Below the pieces are notes generated by a model. That model had not been told where the DNA came from and made no database searches. It saw only the letters and a program-made list of their open reading frames with translations. This document shows, piece by piece, positions 1 to 9,176 of a stretch of DNA of 64,000 nt (positions are counted from its first letter, which is position 1; each line of letters opens with the position of its first letter). Origin of the DNA: Candidatus Enterousia sp. (GTDB lineage: Bacteria; Pseudomonadota; Alphaproteobacteria; Rs-D84); the NCBI GenBank assembly GCA_045612805.1, contig JAZKZR010000010.1:263965-327964 (forward strand). The letters are read 5' to 3'. The position numbers and the translations under genes are program-made.

Positions 1-733
1 CACCATTTTCTACATTATCACAATGTTGCATTAAATATTGAAAACCATTATAAAACTGCTCAATAGACATAACATATTTCATTTGATAGGAATTTAATGG
101 CTTCATAGTATTTATGCGAACAAAAGCATCATATTTTTTGCATAACTTTATCAATGCAGATAAATGTTTTTCGGTAAAATTCCAGTTCATACCTGCCATA
201 ATAATACTATGCGGTTTGCCTGTTTGTTTGCATATATCCAAACAATGTATCGCGTCATCATATAAATCATCACCACGATTCAAATTATGTTCTTCTTTAA
301 ACGGAGAATCTAAACTGATATCAAAATCATTTATTTTTTCAAAAATATCGGGCCTGTATTCATACAAATATAACAGTGTATCACCACTGGTCGTTATACC
401 TGCTGAAAGTCCATACGAATCAAGCCGTTCAATAATATAAGGTAACAAAGATTTAGATATATCTGGACCGTTAGTAAAAATTGGTTCATTTCCGCCCAGG
501 TTTATTGTTTCAACATTGTTTTTAGCCAGTTGATCTATGATTCTGTCGACAATTTCCGGTGTCATATTTGCCCCTGGTTTGCGTGCCGACATAGAATAAC
601 AGTGTTTACATTTGTGCGGGCAATAATTTCCAAGTGTCCAACCAACGTTTTTTATAACGGATGGCGTTTCTGGCGCATCGCCAAATTCTGTTATTGGTCC
701 CCGAATTTTATAATGTTCCATTGAATCATACAT
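1..733 (-). CDS. Radical SAM protein (partial, runs off window start)
   Basis: Read by hand from ATG at 733: MYDSMEHYKIRGPITEFG...WTLGNYCPHKCKHCYS...INLGGNEP. Contains the CxxxCxxC motif and a GGE-like motif. Not in the ORF track because it is truncated. Confidence 0.9.
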   Translation of the reverse strand, partial: MYDSMEHYKIRGPITEFGDAPETPSVIKNVGWTLGNYCPHKCKHCYSMSARKPGANMTPEIVDRIIDQLAKNNVETINLGGNEPIFTNGPDISKSLLPYIIERLDSYGLSAGITTSGDTLLYLYEYRPDIFEKINDFDISLDSPFKEEHNLNRGDDLYDDAIHCLDICKQTGKPHSIIMAGMNWNFTEKHLSALIKLCKKYDAFVRINTMKPLNSYQMKYVMSIEQFYNGFQYLMQHCDNVENG

Positions 734-735
734 GA

Positions 736-2319
736 TTATCTCACTTTTATAAATGGGTTAATGTTTGCGTTATATGTCAATTTTGATTTTTGATATAATT
801 TGTCTATTTTTCGTTCTTGTTCTTGGAAAAATGGTTTATGGGTTATAATGGCTTTTTCAACAAAATCTATAACATCATTCGGGTTGGAGAGAATAAGATT
901 CAATACATCACCCATAACTTCTAAATCTGTGTGTCTTATTTTCAAATATTCATGATAAAAATCTGCCATTTCAGATTTATTCAAGGCTTTTGGCGATGTC
1001 AGTGGGTCTATGGCTTTATCATAAAATGCCATATGTGCAGTATGCCAACGTTTCAGTGCGTTATATGCTATTCTGGCTTTTTCATCCAAAACATTGTAAT
1101 TATAATTACCTAACAAAGGGTTTTTGCTGGTGTTAATACTACTGTTCACGATTTTCTTTTGAAATGGTGTTCCGGTTGCTGCAAACATTTCTGTAAATAT
1201 GCCCTTGCTGATAATCCAATCGTATTTCTGCATATATTCGTAATTTTCTTGTAATTCATATATGGTGGTGTATGGATCAAATAAAATTTGTCCAGCTTGG
1301 ACATAAAATCCATGTTTTTTGAATAAATCTAATGCCATACAGTTTTGTTCTACGGTTGCACCTTTGGCCATGCGTTTTAATGCACTGGTTGAAAAATTTT
1401 CAATCCCGCAAGAAAAAGAAAAAAATCCAGCTTGTTTTAAAGAACTCAGAATTTCGTCGTTAACTTTATCAGCCCTGATTGAACCACGTAAATAAAAAGA
1501 TAAATTATTTTGTTCCATCTGTTGTGCAAATTCTTGACACCATTGGGCGTCCCTGGGGCCATCAATGAAAGAATCATCTATAACTTTAATATGTTCAACA
1601 CCAAGCGTTTTTAGGTGCTTCATTTCAGATATAATGTTTTCTATGTTACGTCCACGCCATTTTGGTGTTTGTGATAATTTAAAAAACGAATTTATACTGC
1701 AAAACGCGCAATGCCCTGTACAACCACGTGCAGTTAATAGATGTACTGGTGTGCGTTTATCAATCGCCATTTGCATTGTGTCACGAACAGGGAAAGGCAA
1801 ATCATCTAAACAATAAGAAATTTGCGCTATATTATTATGAATATTTATATCGTTTTGTTTATAGCACAGTCCGTTAATATTTGTCTGATTTGTGTTTGTT
1901 TGCAATGCGTTTGCCAATTCGCATATTGCATCTTCGCCTTCGCCACGAATAACATAATCAAAACCAGAATCTAGAAATAAATCAGGACTAAAAGTAGGAC
2001 CAAATCCGCCGGCAACAAATTTAATGTTTCTCGCCTGCTTTACAGCAGTTAAAGTTTTTACTGCTTGATCTATATTCGATTGATATGCAGAAATCCCAAC
2101 AAAAATTGGATTTGGTTCACTTAATATATTTTTTGCTAATTCATCCGGAGACCAACCATTTAACCAAGCATCAAGAATTTTTACATTATAACCATTATGT
2201 TGCAAAACAGTGGACAAATACCCCACGCCCAAATTTTCTTCGGCCGTCCTGTGGCTGATTGGTGCTGGGGTTGCCAAAATAATAAAATTATTTTTGTTCT
2301 GCGTATTTTGCGATTTCAT
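736..2319 (-). CDS. Cobalamin-binding-domain radical SAM protein
   Basis: N-terminal B12-binding-like domain (LGVGYLS..L, VAGG, GEGE) followed by TARGCTGHCAFC (CxxxCxxC). Confidence 0.9.
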   Translation of the reverse strand: MKSQNTQNKNNFIILATPAPISHRTAEENLGVGYLSTVLQHNGYNVKILDAWLNGWSPDELAKNILSEPNPIFVGISAYQSNIDQAVKTLTAVKQARNIKFVAGGFGPTFSPDLFLDSGFDYVIRGEGEDAICELANALQTNTNQTNINGLCYKQNDINIHNNIAQISYCLDDLPFPVRDTMQMAIDKRTPVHLLTARGCTGHCAFCSINSFFKLSQTPKWRGRNIENIISEMKHLKTLGVEHIKVIDDSFIDGPRDAQWCQEFAQQMEQNNLSFYLRGSIRADKVNDEILSSLKQAGFFSFSCGIENFSTSALKRMAKGATVEQNCMALDLFKKHGFYVQAGQILFDPYTTIYELQENYEYMQKYDWIISKGIFTEMFAATGTPFQKKIVNSSINTSKNPLLGNYNYNVLDEKARIAYNALKRWHTAHMAFYDKAIDPLTSPKALNKSEMADFYHEYLKIRHTDLEVMGDVLNLILSNPNDVIDFVEKAIITHKPFFQEQERKIDKLYQKSKLTYNANINPFIKVR

Positions 2320-2695
2320 TTTTTAAACTGGGGTCTGCAGGTAAATCCGCGAATTCTGACGGATTTATCCATTTGTAATCGGTGTGTTCGTCCGACAACT
2401 TCACATCTCCCCCCAAATATTTGGCCAACAAAGTAATGCCAACGGTTTGTCTCTCTTTGGCTGGTGTCATGAAAGACCATAAAGACCAAGGTCTGAATTC
2501 TATTTCTACATCTAATCCGGTTTCTTCAAAAACCTCGCGTTTTATACCATCTGTGGTTTTTTCACCATATTCAATTTTACCCCCAGGAATATCCCACAGT
2601 TCTGCAAATACATCTTCTTCACAACTGCGTTTTAAAACCAAAATTTTACCGTCTTTGTGTATAATTGCTTTCAGAGCAACTTTAAATTCTGCCAT
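2288..2695 (-). CDS. NUDIX hydrolase (MutT-like)
   Basis: Nudix box GGKIEYGEKTTDGIKREVFEETGL; AGGAG RBS; overlaps the start of the radical SAM gene. Confidence 0.92.
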   Translation of the reverse strand: MAEFKVALKAIIHKDGKILVLKRSCEEDVFAELWDIPGGKIEYGEKTTDGIKREVFEETGLDVEIEFRPWSLWSFMTPAKERQTVGITLLAKYLGGDVKLSDEHTDYKWINPSEFADLPADPSLKNEIAKYAEQK

Positions 2696-3125
2696 TTTTA
2701 CTCTCCTGTTATGTTGACATATTGATACTACCGCATAAATTCATAAAATCAAGGTTTTTAGTAGATATTGTGTAGCGAATATGTAGATTTTTTGTTTTAT
2801 GGATGCAATTAGCCACAAAAACGCAAAAAATTTAGCAGACACACGGACGACGATGCCGGTTTTCTGCGGGTTTTATGGGGGCGTTTTGTCGTGACACACG
2901 GACTAGTCCGTATGTTTTGATATATTTGGCATAAAAAACACCAATTTTTGTGAGTTGAAACTGGTGCAGAAATAAGTGGTTTGCCGCAGATTCCTGCGGT
3001 TTTTTAACTGGTTAGATTCAAGTAAAAAAACGACACACATATTAACAGCAAGCCCGCAATTTGCCCAGATTTCCTTGGGTTGCAGCGTGTAAGGCGCATG
3101 AATCAGCCACTTTTTCGCGTATAGC

Positions 3126-3197
3126 TGTGTAGCCACTGTGTAGCCGTTTTTGAATGTGTAGCTCCTGTGTAGCAAAAAAATTGCACTATCGTGTAGC
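3126..3197 (+). repeat. Cluster of TGTGTAGC direct repeats (putative integrase arm-type sites, left end)
   Basis: TGTGTAGC at 3126, 3137, 3155 and 3166 (pairs 11 bp apart), and CGTGTAGC at 3190. Confidence 0.7.
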
Positions 3198-3325
3198 CAC
3201 ATGTGCTCAAAACATACAAAAGAGAGAACTGGCCTACGGAAAATATATTGAAAATAATGGGAATATTTGCTACGGTTTTCCTAAGAAAAACAATAAGAAA
3301 CAATATGGTGATACAGGATTTAAAT

Positions 3326-4321
3326 ATGGAAGATTTATTAACGTTTGAAGATGCATACAACGACGCAAAAGAACAAGGTGGTAAAATATCGGTGTTGCTG
3401 GGGAATGGGTTTAGCATGGCATATGATGCCAGAAGATTTTCTTTTACAAATTTATTAGAAACAGCAAAAAGCAAGGGAATAATAAAACCAGATGGAAAAT
3501 TGAGCAAGATGTTTGATATTCTTAAAACTGCAGATTTTGAAAAGGTTATAAGAATTCTGGAAAATGGTAAAATAGTTACTCAAATATATGTGGCTCCATA
3601 TGCAATAAGTAATATACAACTTGATATAAAAGATTTAAAAAAACATTTGGTCAATACTATCACAAATAATCATCCAGAGAAGGCTGTTAATATACCAGAA
3701 AAACGATCAAAAGCTTGTGCAAATTTTTTGATGAAATTTGATAAGTTGTATTCTTTAAATTATGACTTATTGGCGTATTGGGTTATTATGCAAAATGATT
3801 TGGACTTTACGGACGGTTTTGCCGGTAATGATGATACGGATTATGTGGTTTATACAGACTCAAAAGAGCATTCTTTGTTGTTCCTTCATGGTGCTTTACA
3901 TTTGTTCGATTATAAGACAGATACTGTGAAATTGTGTTATAATAGGACAGGTGAAACATTAAAAAAACAAATTTATACCAGATTATTACAGGATGTTTAC
4001 CCCGTCTTTATATCTGAAGGGACAAGCGATGAAAAATTAGATAAAATAAGACATAATTATTATCTCAGCCATTGTTATAAATCGTTAAAGAACCAAGGTG
4101 GAAACTTGTTTGTTTTTGGTACAATGCTAAAATCCAATGATGACCATATCAGAGAAGCAATAATAAAAGGGAAATTCAAAAGGTTGTATATTGGTGTATG
4201 GTCTGAACAAGAATTATCTCATGCACAATTGTTAAAAAACGAGTTTGAGGAAATGGGGACAGATAGAACCCCAAAAAAGGCGATTTTATATAATGCAAAA
4301 ACAGTAAAACCATGGGGCTAA
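3326..4321 (+). CDS. DUF4917 family SIR2-like protein
   Basis: Motifs VLLGNGFS, YSLNYDLLAYW, LFLHGALHLF, PVFISEG. Likely start is ATG 3326 with an AGGA RBS; the ORF is open from 3203. Confidence 0.75.
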   Translation: MEDLLTFEDAYNDAKEQGGKISVLLGNGFSMAYDARRFSFTNLLETAKSKGIIKPDGKLSKMFDILKTADFEKVIRILENGKIVTQIYVAPYAISNIQLDIKDLKKHLVNTITNNHPEKAVNIPEKRSKACANFLMKFDKLYSLNYDLLAYWVIMQNDLDFTDGFAGNDDTDYVVYTDSKEHSLLFLHGALHLFDYKTDTVKLCYNRTGETLKKQIYTRLLQDVYPVFISEGTSDEKLDKIRHNYYLSHCYKSLKNQGGNLFVFGTMLKSNDDHIREAIIKGKFKRLYIGVWSEQELSHAQLLKNEFEEMGTDRTPKKAILYNAKTVKPWG

Positions 4322-4342
4322 AAAGCAATAAAGGATTTACAG

Positions 4343-5326
4343 ATGAGACTCGGTGAAATAAAAAATATATTAGATAAATATTTAACTCCAGAGCACATAA
4401 TTGCGCTGGATGTTGAAAATAATAGAGCCTATGGCAATCAATACGTTGTTATCAAGAATTATAACAAACTGGTATTCATAGAAAATTTTGTTGCTGAACA
4501 AGGACTGATTGTGCAAGGTCGCGAAGTTTTTCTGAATGCGACGAAACCGAATAACCCAAATAGTTTGGAAGTGATAATGCAAACAGGGGTTGTAAACCAA
4601 ATTTCGCAATATATAAATGCGTTAAATCAGTTTGTTAGAATTTATTACCTGACCCTGAACACAATTGTAAAACCTCAAGATCCGCAATTATTGAATATTA
4701 AACTGCCTGACAAAGACGATTTTTCTATCAAAGATATGGAAAAATTGATGAAAAAGTTACATGTGATTCTAAATGGCATTTCTGATGCGATAGATATCGC
4801 GGCATCTTTTGATATTGTCGGGGTTGATTCAGGTAGCAAATGGCTCGAAGTAAAAATAGGTGTTGGTCCAGAAAATACAACTAAATTATTCACAGTCATA
4901 ATGGGCTTGCTTGGTATCGCCATTTTAACGCTTGAACTCAGAGAATCATACTACAAATCAGAAACAGCAAAATTGTCGTATGAAATACTAGAACAAGAAT
5001 ACAAAGAAAAGACCCCGTTTGATGAACACGTGATACGTATGGTTGATAAAAAGCGAGGTAGTGATATCGAAAATTTATTAAAACAAACGGGTGTTGATAA
5101 ACCAGATGCCAAAAATAAAATGGATACAATAGTCGTTCATATTGTGGAGACTTTGCGTGATGGTGTAGAGTTTCATCCTTCCCTGAATCCGCCAGAATAT
5201 ATTAGAGAAGAATCAGGCGAAATCCATATTGATTATGATAAACTTCATGAAATCGAAGCAAAAGCCAAAAAGCCTAAACAAATAACAGAAGATAAATCAG
5301 AAAACACCGATGCTGGTGAGAAATAA
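4343..5326 (+). CDS. Hypothetical protein with one hydrophobic segment
   Basis: 327 aa ORF with AAGGA RBS and hydrophobic stretch LFTVIMGLLGIAILTL; family not recognised. Confidence 0.8.
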   Translation: MRLGEIKNILDKYLTPEHIIALDVENNRAYGNQYVVIKNYNKLVFIENFVAEQGLIVQGREVFLNATKPNNPNSLEVIMQTGVVNQISQYINALNQFVRIYYLTLNTIVKPQDPQLLNIKLPDKDDFSIKDMEKLMKKLHVILNGISDAIDIAASFDIVGVDSGSKWLEVKIGVGPENTTKLFTVIMGLLGIAILTLELRESYYKSETAKLSYEILEQEYKEKTPFDEHVIRMVDKKRGSDIENLLKQTGVDKPDAKNKMDTIVVHIVETLRDGVEFHPSLNPPEYIREESGEIHIDYDKLHEIEAKAKKPKQITEDKSENTDAGEK

Positions 5327-5341
5327 ACAAACCGCAGCAGA

Positions 5342-6229
5342 TCAAATTTTGCTGGTTAATTCTTCAAAAGATTTGCATGCGTCTTCAAAGGATAATCTAT
5401 CTGTATTTTTTGCATATGACATATTTGCGACGTATTGTTCATAATCAGATTTGAATTGTTTGTTGTGTTGTAACAGGGTAATAACATCTTTTACGCACAC
5501 ATCAAAGGTATATTGAGTCCGCATGCGATGGCTCATGTCGGATTTAAAAACATCAAGCATATTAGATTTAAAGGTTCTATCAATATCAATCTTTGGTGCC
5601 AAGAAAAACAGATCGTGCAGATGTCGCATATCCGCAGGATTGTATTGAGATTTTTCTGTATCTGTTGATAAAATTCGCCATAAAAATGAACTGATTTTAT
5701 CTATAGTAGTATCTTCCAATGATACACATTTCAATTTGAATCCAGCATTTGTGCCAGCCAATTTGTCATAGAAAGAAGATATTTCTTTTTCCTCTGGTGC
5801 ATAAAATAAATTATCTGTAAAAAACACCTCTAATTTTATATAAGGTCGCAATGCAGAGTGTGTTTGAACAATGTTTTCTGTGTCTACAAATCTAAACTCT
5901 ATTTTACTGCTTTCGGGGACGGGTTCGGCAATAAGTTCAAAGCCATCCAAACTATGTGCAATATCAGTTAGCATTTTGCGAACATTGGCAGTTGATTTGG
6001 GGCGCGGAACAAATCTAAAATCAGCATCTTCACTGAAACGCTTGGTTAGCTCGTCATATGCACACACTAAACTGGTGCCGCCACCAAATATTAAATCACC
6101 ATCAGCAGAATGAAACCTTGATACCAACTGTTGAATAACTTGAATCAGAAAATGCTCTTTGATCGGAAAAGCAATATCACAACCCTTTTCAATAGCTATT
6201 TGTTCAAAAAGTTCCATATTTAAAGACAT
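5342..6229 (-). CDS. AbiEii/AbiGii family nucleotidyltransferase toxin
   Basis: Motifs FGGGTSL, RFSEDADF, DKISS, RHLHD. Confidence 0.9.
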   Translation of the reverse strand: MSLNMELFEQIAIEKGCDIAFPIKEHFLIQVIQQLVSRFHSADGDLIFGGGTSLVCAYDELTKRFSEDADFRFVPRPKSTANVRKMLTDIAHSLDGFELIAEPVPESSKIEFRFVDTENIVQTHSALRPYIKLEVFFTDNLFYAPEEKEISSFYDKLAGTNAGFKLKCVSLEDTTIDKISSFLWRILSTDTEKSQYNPADMRHLHDLFFLAPKIDIDRTFKSNMLDVFKSDMSHRMRTQYTFDVCVKDVITLLQHNKQFKSDYEQYVANMSYAKNTDRLSFEDACKSFEELTSKI

Positions 6230-6231
6230 AC

Positions 6232-6696
6232 TTAAACTCTTATTGCGCTGGTATTATACCATCTGTTTTTATATTTGCTATTGATTTGTTCAAAAGAAAC
6301 ATCAAAGCCATTATAGCTTATGTTTCGTCTAACACGTTTATTTACAGCAATAACTCTGCCTGTTGGAATCTGTGTTGATAAATCAGCATTGTATTCACGC
6401 CAATAAGTTGATTTATCAGTTTTAACACCAAGTTTTTGTAATGCTTCTTCTGCTAAATCTCCTATAGTGGCGTTTGGTGCGACAAATCCATTACTAAAAG
6501 TACGAGTTTTTGCGTATATACCACGTCCGATCTTAATTAACGTACCATTTTTTACCAATATGCGTAAAACACGCAAGACTTGATCATAGTCATATTCTTT
6601 AACAAGATCATTAAAGTCCTTTAAGATAAAAGAATTATCTTTGCTTTTCTTTATTCGTAATAAAATTCTCTCTAAAAGAGTTCTCTTAGCTTTCAT
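6232..6696 (-). CDS. AbiEi-like (DUF6088-type) type IV antitoxin
   Basis: wHTH-like N-terminus, LIKIGRGIY and YNADLSTQIP motifs; lies 2 bp upstream of the toxin gene. Confidence 0.85.
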   Translation of the reverse strand: MKAKRTLLERILLRIKKSKDNSFILKDFNDLVKEYDYDQVLRVLRILVKNGTLIKIGRGIYAKTRTFSNGFVAPNATIGDLAEEALQKLGVKTDKSTYWREYNADLSTQIPTGRVIAVNKRVRRNISYNGFDVSFEQINSKYKNRWYNTSAIRV

Positions 6697-6711
6697 TATA
6701 AATTCCTTTTA

Positions 6712-6754
6712 TGTCAATATACGACATTTAACATAGTGTCAATATACGACATTT
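6712..6754. promoter_or_regulatory. Tandem operator upstream of the AbiE operon
   Basis: 18-bp direct repeat TGTCAATATACGACATTT at 6712-6729 and 6737-6754; each copy contains the dyad TGTC-N7-GACA. Confidence 0.75.
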
Positions 6755-6846
6755 TCTTATAAAAATCAAGTCTTTTTTAGAGAAAGATCTTTTAGAGAAT
6801 ATATATAGCTATATCAAGAGTTATTTATGAGCTAACAATAACTATT

Positions 6847-6884
6847 ATTTTGATAGAAAAATATATACATTTTTCTATCAAAAT
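6847..6884. repeat. Perfect 16-bp inverted repeat between the AbiE operon and xis
   Basis: ATTTTGATAGAAAAAT-ATATAC-ATTTTTCTATCAAAAT. Confidence 0.8.
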
Positions 6885-7168
6885 CGATTCGTTTGAAAGT
6901 TATGATTTTTTGGTCGGGTGCCGTCGATGAGGGGGAGCAAAAAAATTTGACCAAAGTGCATTTTTATATGCTTTGATATGCTTTTGATACATTATGATAC
7001 AATTTCATTGCTAAAAAAAGTGTGTTTTTCTGCGGCTTTTACAAGACTTTTATTTTTTAGCATGCTATAATTTGCATGTAAGGATATCAAAAATTGCTGT
7101 GATTTTAGATGATACTTTACGGCGTTTTTTGAACCGAACAAAACCATCAAAACCCAAAGGAGAAAAAT

Positions 7169-7429
7169 ATGGAACATGAGTTCTTGAATTATGGGGGGAT
7201 GGAGAGAGAACCAAACTATAAACTTATAAATGTAAAGGAAGATGTTTTGAAAGATAGACTGCTTACACCAAGGGAGACAGCAGCATATCTTGGATCGTCT
7301 GTTTCGGCATTAAGCCAATATCGTGCGCTGGGTATTGGGCCTTTGTACTTCAAAATCGGCAAAATGGTGCGGTATCGCATATCAGATATAGATAAATGGC
7401 TGGAAGATAAGAAAAGCGGTGGAAAATAG
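7169..7429 (+). CDS. Excisionase / HTH_17 DNA-binding protein
   Basis: LLTPRETAAYLG...GPLYFKIGKMVRYRISDIDKWL; AAGGAG RBS; directly upstream of the integrase. Confidence 0.88.
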   Translation: MEHEFLNYGGMEREPNYKLINVKEDVLKDRLLTPRETAAYLGSSVSALSQYRALGIGPLYFKIGKMVRYRISDIDKWLEDKKSGGK

Positions 7430-7492
7430 TTGTTTCTACTGGATATTCCGTATTTATCGTGCATTGTGTAGCTGTAACAAAGGAGTACACAT

Positions 7493-8701
7493 ATGGCAGA
7501 ACAATGGAAATGTTATACTAAACCGTTTCGGGATACATGGATACATCTGTTGCATTCGGATGTGAATTTACAGGTAAGTGACGGGACAATCCCTGGGCTA
7601 TTCCTGCGATATTCGGCGGCAACACGCACTATCAGGTTTTTCTTGGGATGTAAAATAGATAAAAAGAAATGTAACCTTTATATCGGGCGATATAACGATT
7701 ATTCAATCAAAGATATTCGCGAAATGGCGTGGAATATGCGGCATCAAATTGCCCAGGGCCAAGACCCACGTCGCGAAAGAATAGAACAACAAATGAAAGA
7801 AAAAGAGGCACTTGGTGAAAAATTCCAAGATTTATTCCCTCAATACATGGATAAATACGCAAAAGTTTACAAGAAACCACGAACACAAGACTCTAATTGG
7901 GGCGAATATCGATTATATCTAGGGCCTATGTTTGATAAATTATACATGCGTCAGATAGAAGAAAAGCATGTAATGGATGCCTATGCTAAATGGGTAAAAA
8001 GGACATCGTTTTCAACCGCAAATAAAGCTTTATCATTATTCTCAAATTTCTGGGATTGGTGCGAAATGTATAAATACGTAGATCGTAATACTAACCCATG
8101 CAAATATGTTCGCAAAGGGGCAAACAAAGCCTATAAACCACAAATACTGGATCAAGACGGCTATCGCGCATTATCGCATGCGCTGGAAGTCGGGCCAAAA
8201 GTATCAAGAATGCATCCACGATTATTTAATGCACTGCGGGTTTTAATGCTGACCGGATGTCGCGCATCAGAAATAACAGGGCTGGAAGTAGACGAACTGG
8301 CACTGATGCACAAAGTGATACATTTGAAAGACAGCAAGACCGGTGCCAGGGATGTTAAGTTATGTGATGCGGTTATACCGTATTTACAGGCTGCGCTGGA
8401 TGAAGCAACTGCCTTGGGCAGTAAATATGTCTTCCCAGGTGTAGGCAATATCCGTCGCCCAATAAATAACATTCGCAAACCGTTTGAATGGGCACTGGAA
8501 TACGCAAAGTTACCACACATGCGAATACACGACCTACGACACTCGTTCATCAGCATGGGGGCGAATATAGGCGAAAATATGGCCGCCATGAAAGAAGCGG
8601 CAGGTCACAGTCGTATAACCACCACCGAAGGCTACACTCATATCATGGACAGCAGCACCTATCGCGCGATAAATAACGTTGCAAATGCAATATGTGGCTA
8701 G
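7493..8701 (+). CDS. Tyrosine integrase with N-terminal arm-binding domain
   Basis: Catalytic motifs LTGCRASE, KTG, HDLRH, GHS...TEGY. The N-terminus (D.TIPGLFLR...IGRY...GQDP) is typical of P4-like integrases. Confidence 0.95.
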   Translation: MAEQWKCYTKPFRDTWIHLLHSDVNLQVSDGTIPGLFLRYSAATRTIRFFLGCKIDKKKCNLYIGRYNDYSIKDIREMAWNMRHQIAQGQDPRRERIEQQMKEKEALGEKFQDLFPQYMDKYAKVYKKPRTQDSNWGEYRLYLGPMFDKLYMRQIEEKHVMDAYAKWVKRTSFSTANKALSLFSNFWDWCEMYKYVDRNTNPCKYVRKGANKAYKPQILDQDGYRALSHALEVGPKVSRMHPRLFNALRVLMLTGCRASEITGLEVDELALMHKVIHLKDSKTGARDVKLCDAVIPYLQAALDEATALGSKYVFPGVGNIRRPINNIRKPFEWALEYAKLPHMRIHDLRHSFISMGANIGENMAAMKEAAGHSRITTTEGYTHIMDSSTYRAINNVANAICG

Positions 8702-8733
8702 TTGTGCGCTGGTGTATCGTGATGAATCAAATT

Positions 8734-8756
8734 CGCCCCGTTACAGGGGCGTTTTT
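8734..8756 (+). terminator. Rho-independent terminator after the integrase
   Basis: CGCCCC-GTTACA-GGGGCG followed by TTTTT. Confidence 0.75.
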
Positions 8757-8894
8757 ATGGGGGTAACGGCGAGCGCAACACCTTGTTACACACACAACGT
8801 CAAAATGTGTTCGCAGTTCGCACTTTGTGGGTGTAAATCGCAGAAATCTGGCAAAGCAGGGGTGCGAACACATGCGAACACCTAGTGCGAACAC

Positions 8895-9176
8895 CTAATG
8901 TGATTTGAAGGTATACTTGCGACCTTTGTTCTGACCGGTGGCAACCAAAAAACCTTTATCTACTAAAACAGAAAACAATTGTCGGACACGTTGAGGGGAT
9001 TTGCCTGTGGCTTTTATTGCATCTGCAGCGGTGACTTCGCCCTTGGTAATAATGATCACTGCGATGGTTTTTAAGAACTTGTGTTCGGTATCGCTCAGCA
9101 TATCGATAGTTATATCGCTAACTTTTTTATCGCTACTAGTGATATATTGACGTTGGTTTGCAAAGTCGTCATACAT
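8895..9176 (-). CDS. Small winged-helix DNA-binding protein
   Basis: VTAADAIKATGKSPQRVRQLFSVLVDKGFLVATGQNKGRKY resembles the C-terminal wHTH of Fic/RecG-type regulators; AAAGGTG RBS. Confidence 0.75.
   Translation of the reverse strand: MYDDFANQRQYITSSDKKVSDITIDMLSDTEHKFLKTIAVIIITKGEVTAADAIKATGKSPQRVRQLFSVLVDKGFLVATGQNKGRKYTFKSH

Noticed and set aside
3203-3325. N-terminal extension of the DUF4917 ORF
   Set aside because: The GTG start lies next to the arm-repeat cluster; a better RBS and the family-like sequence begin at ATG 3326.
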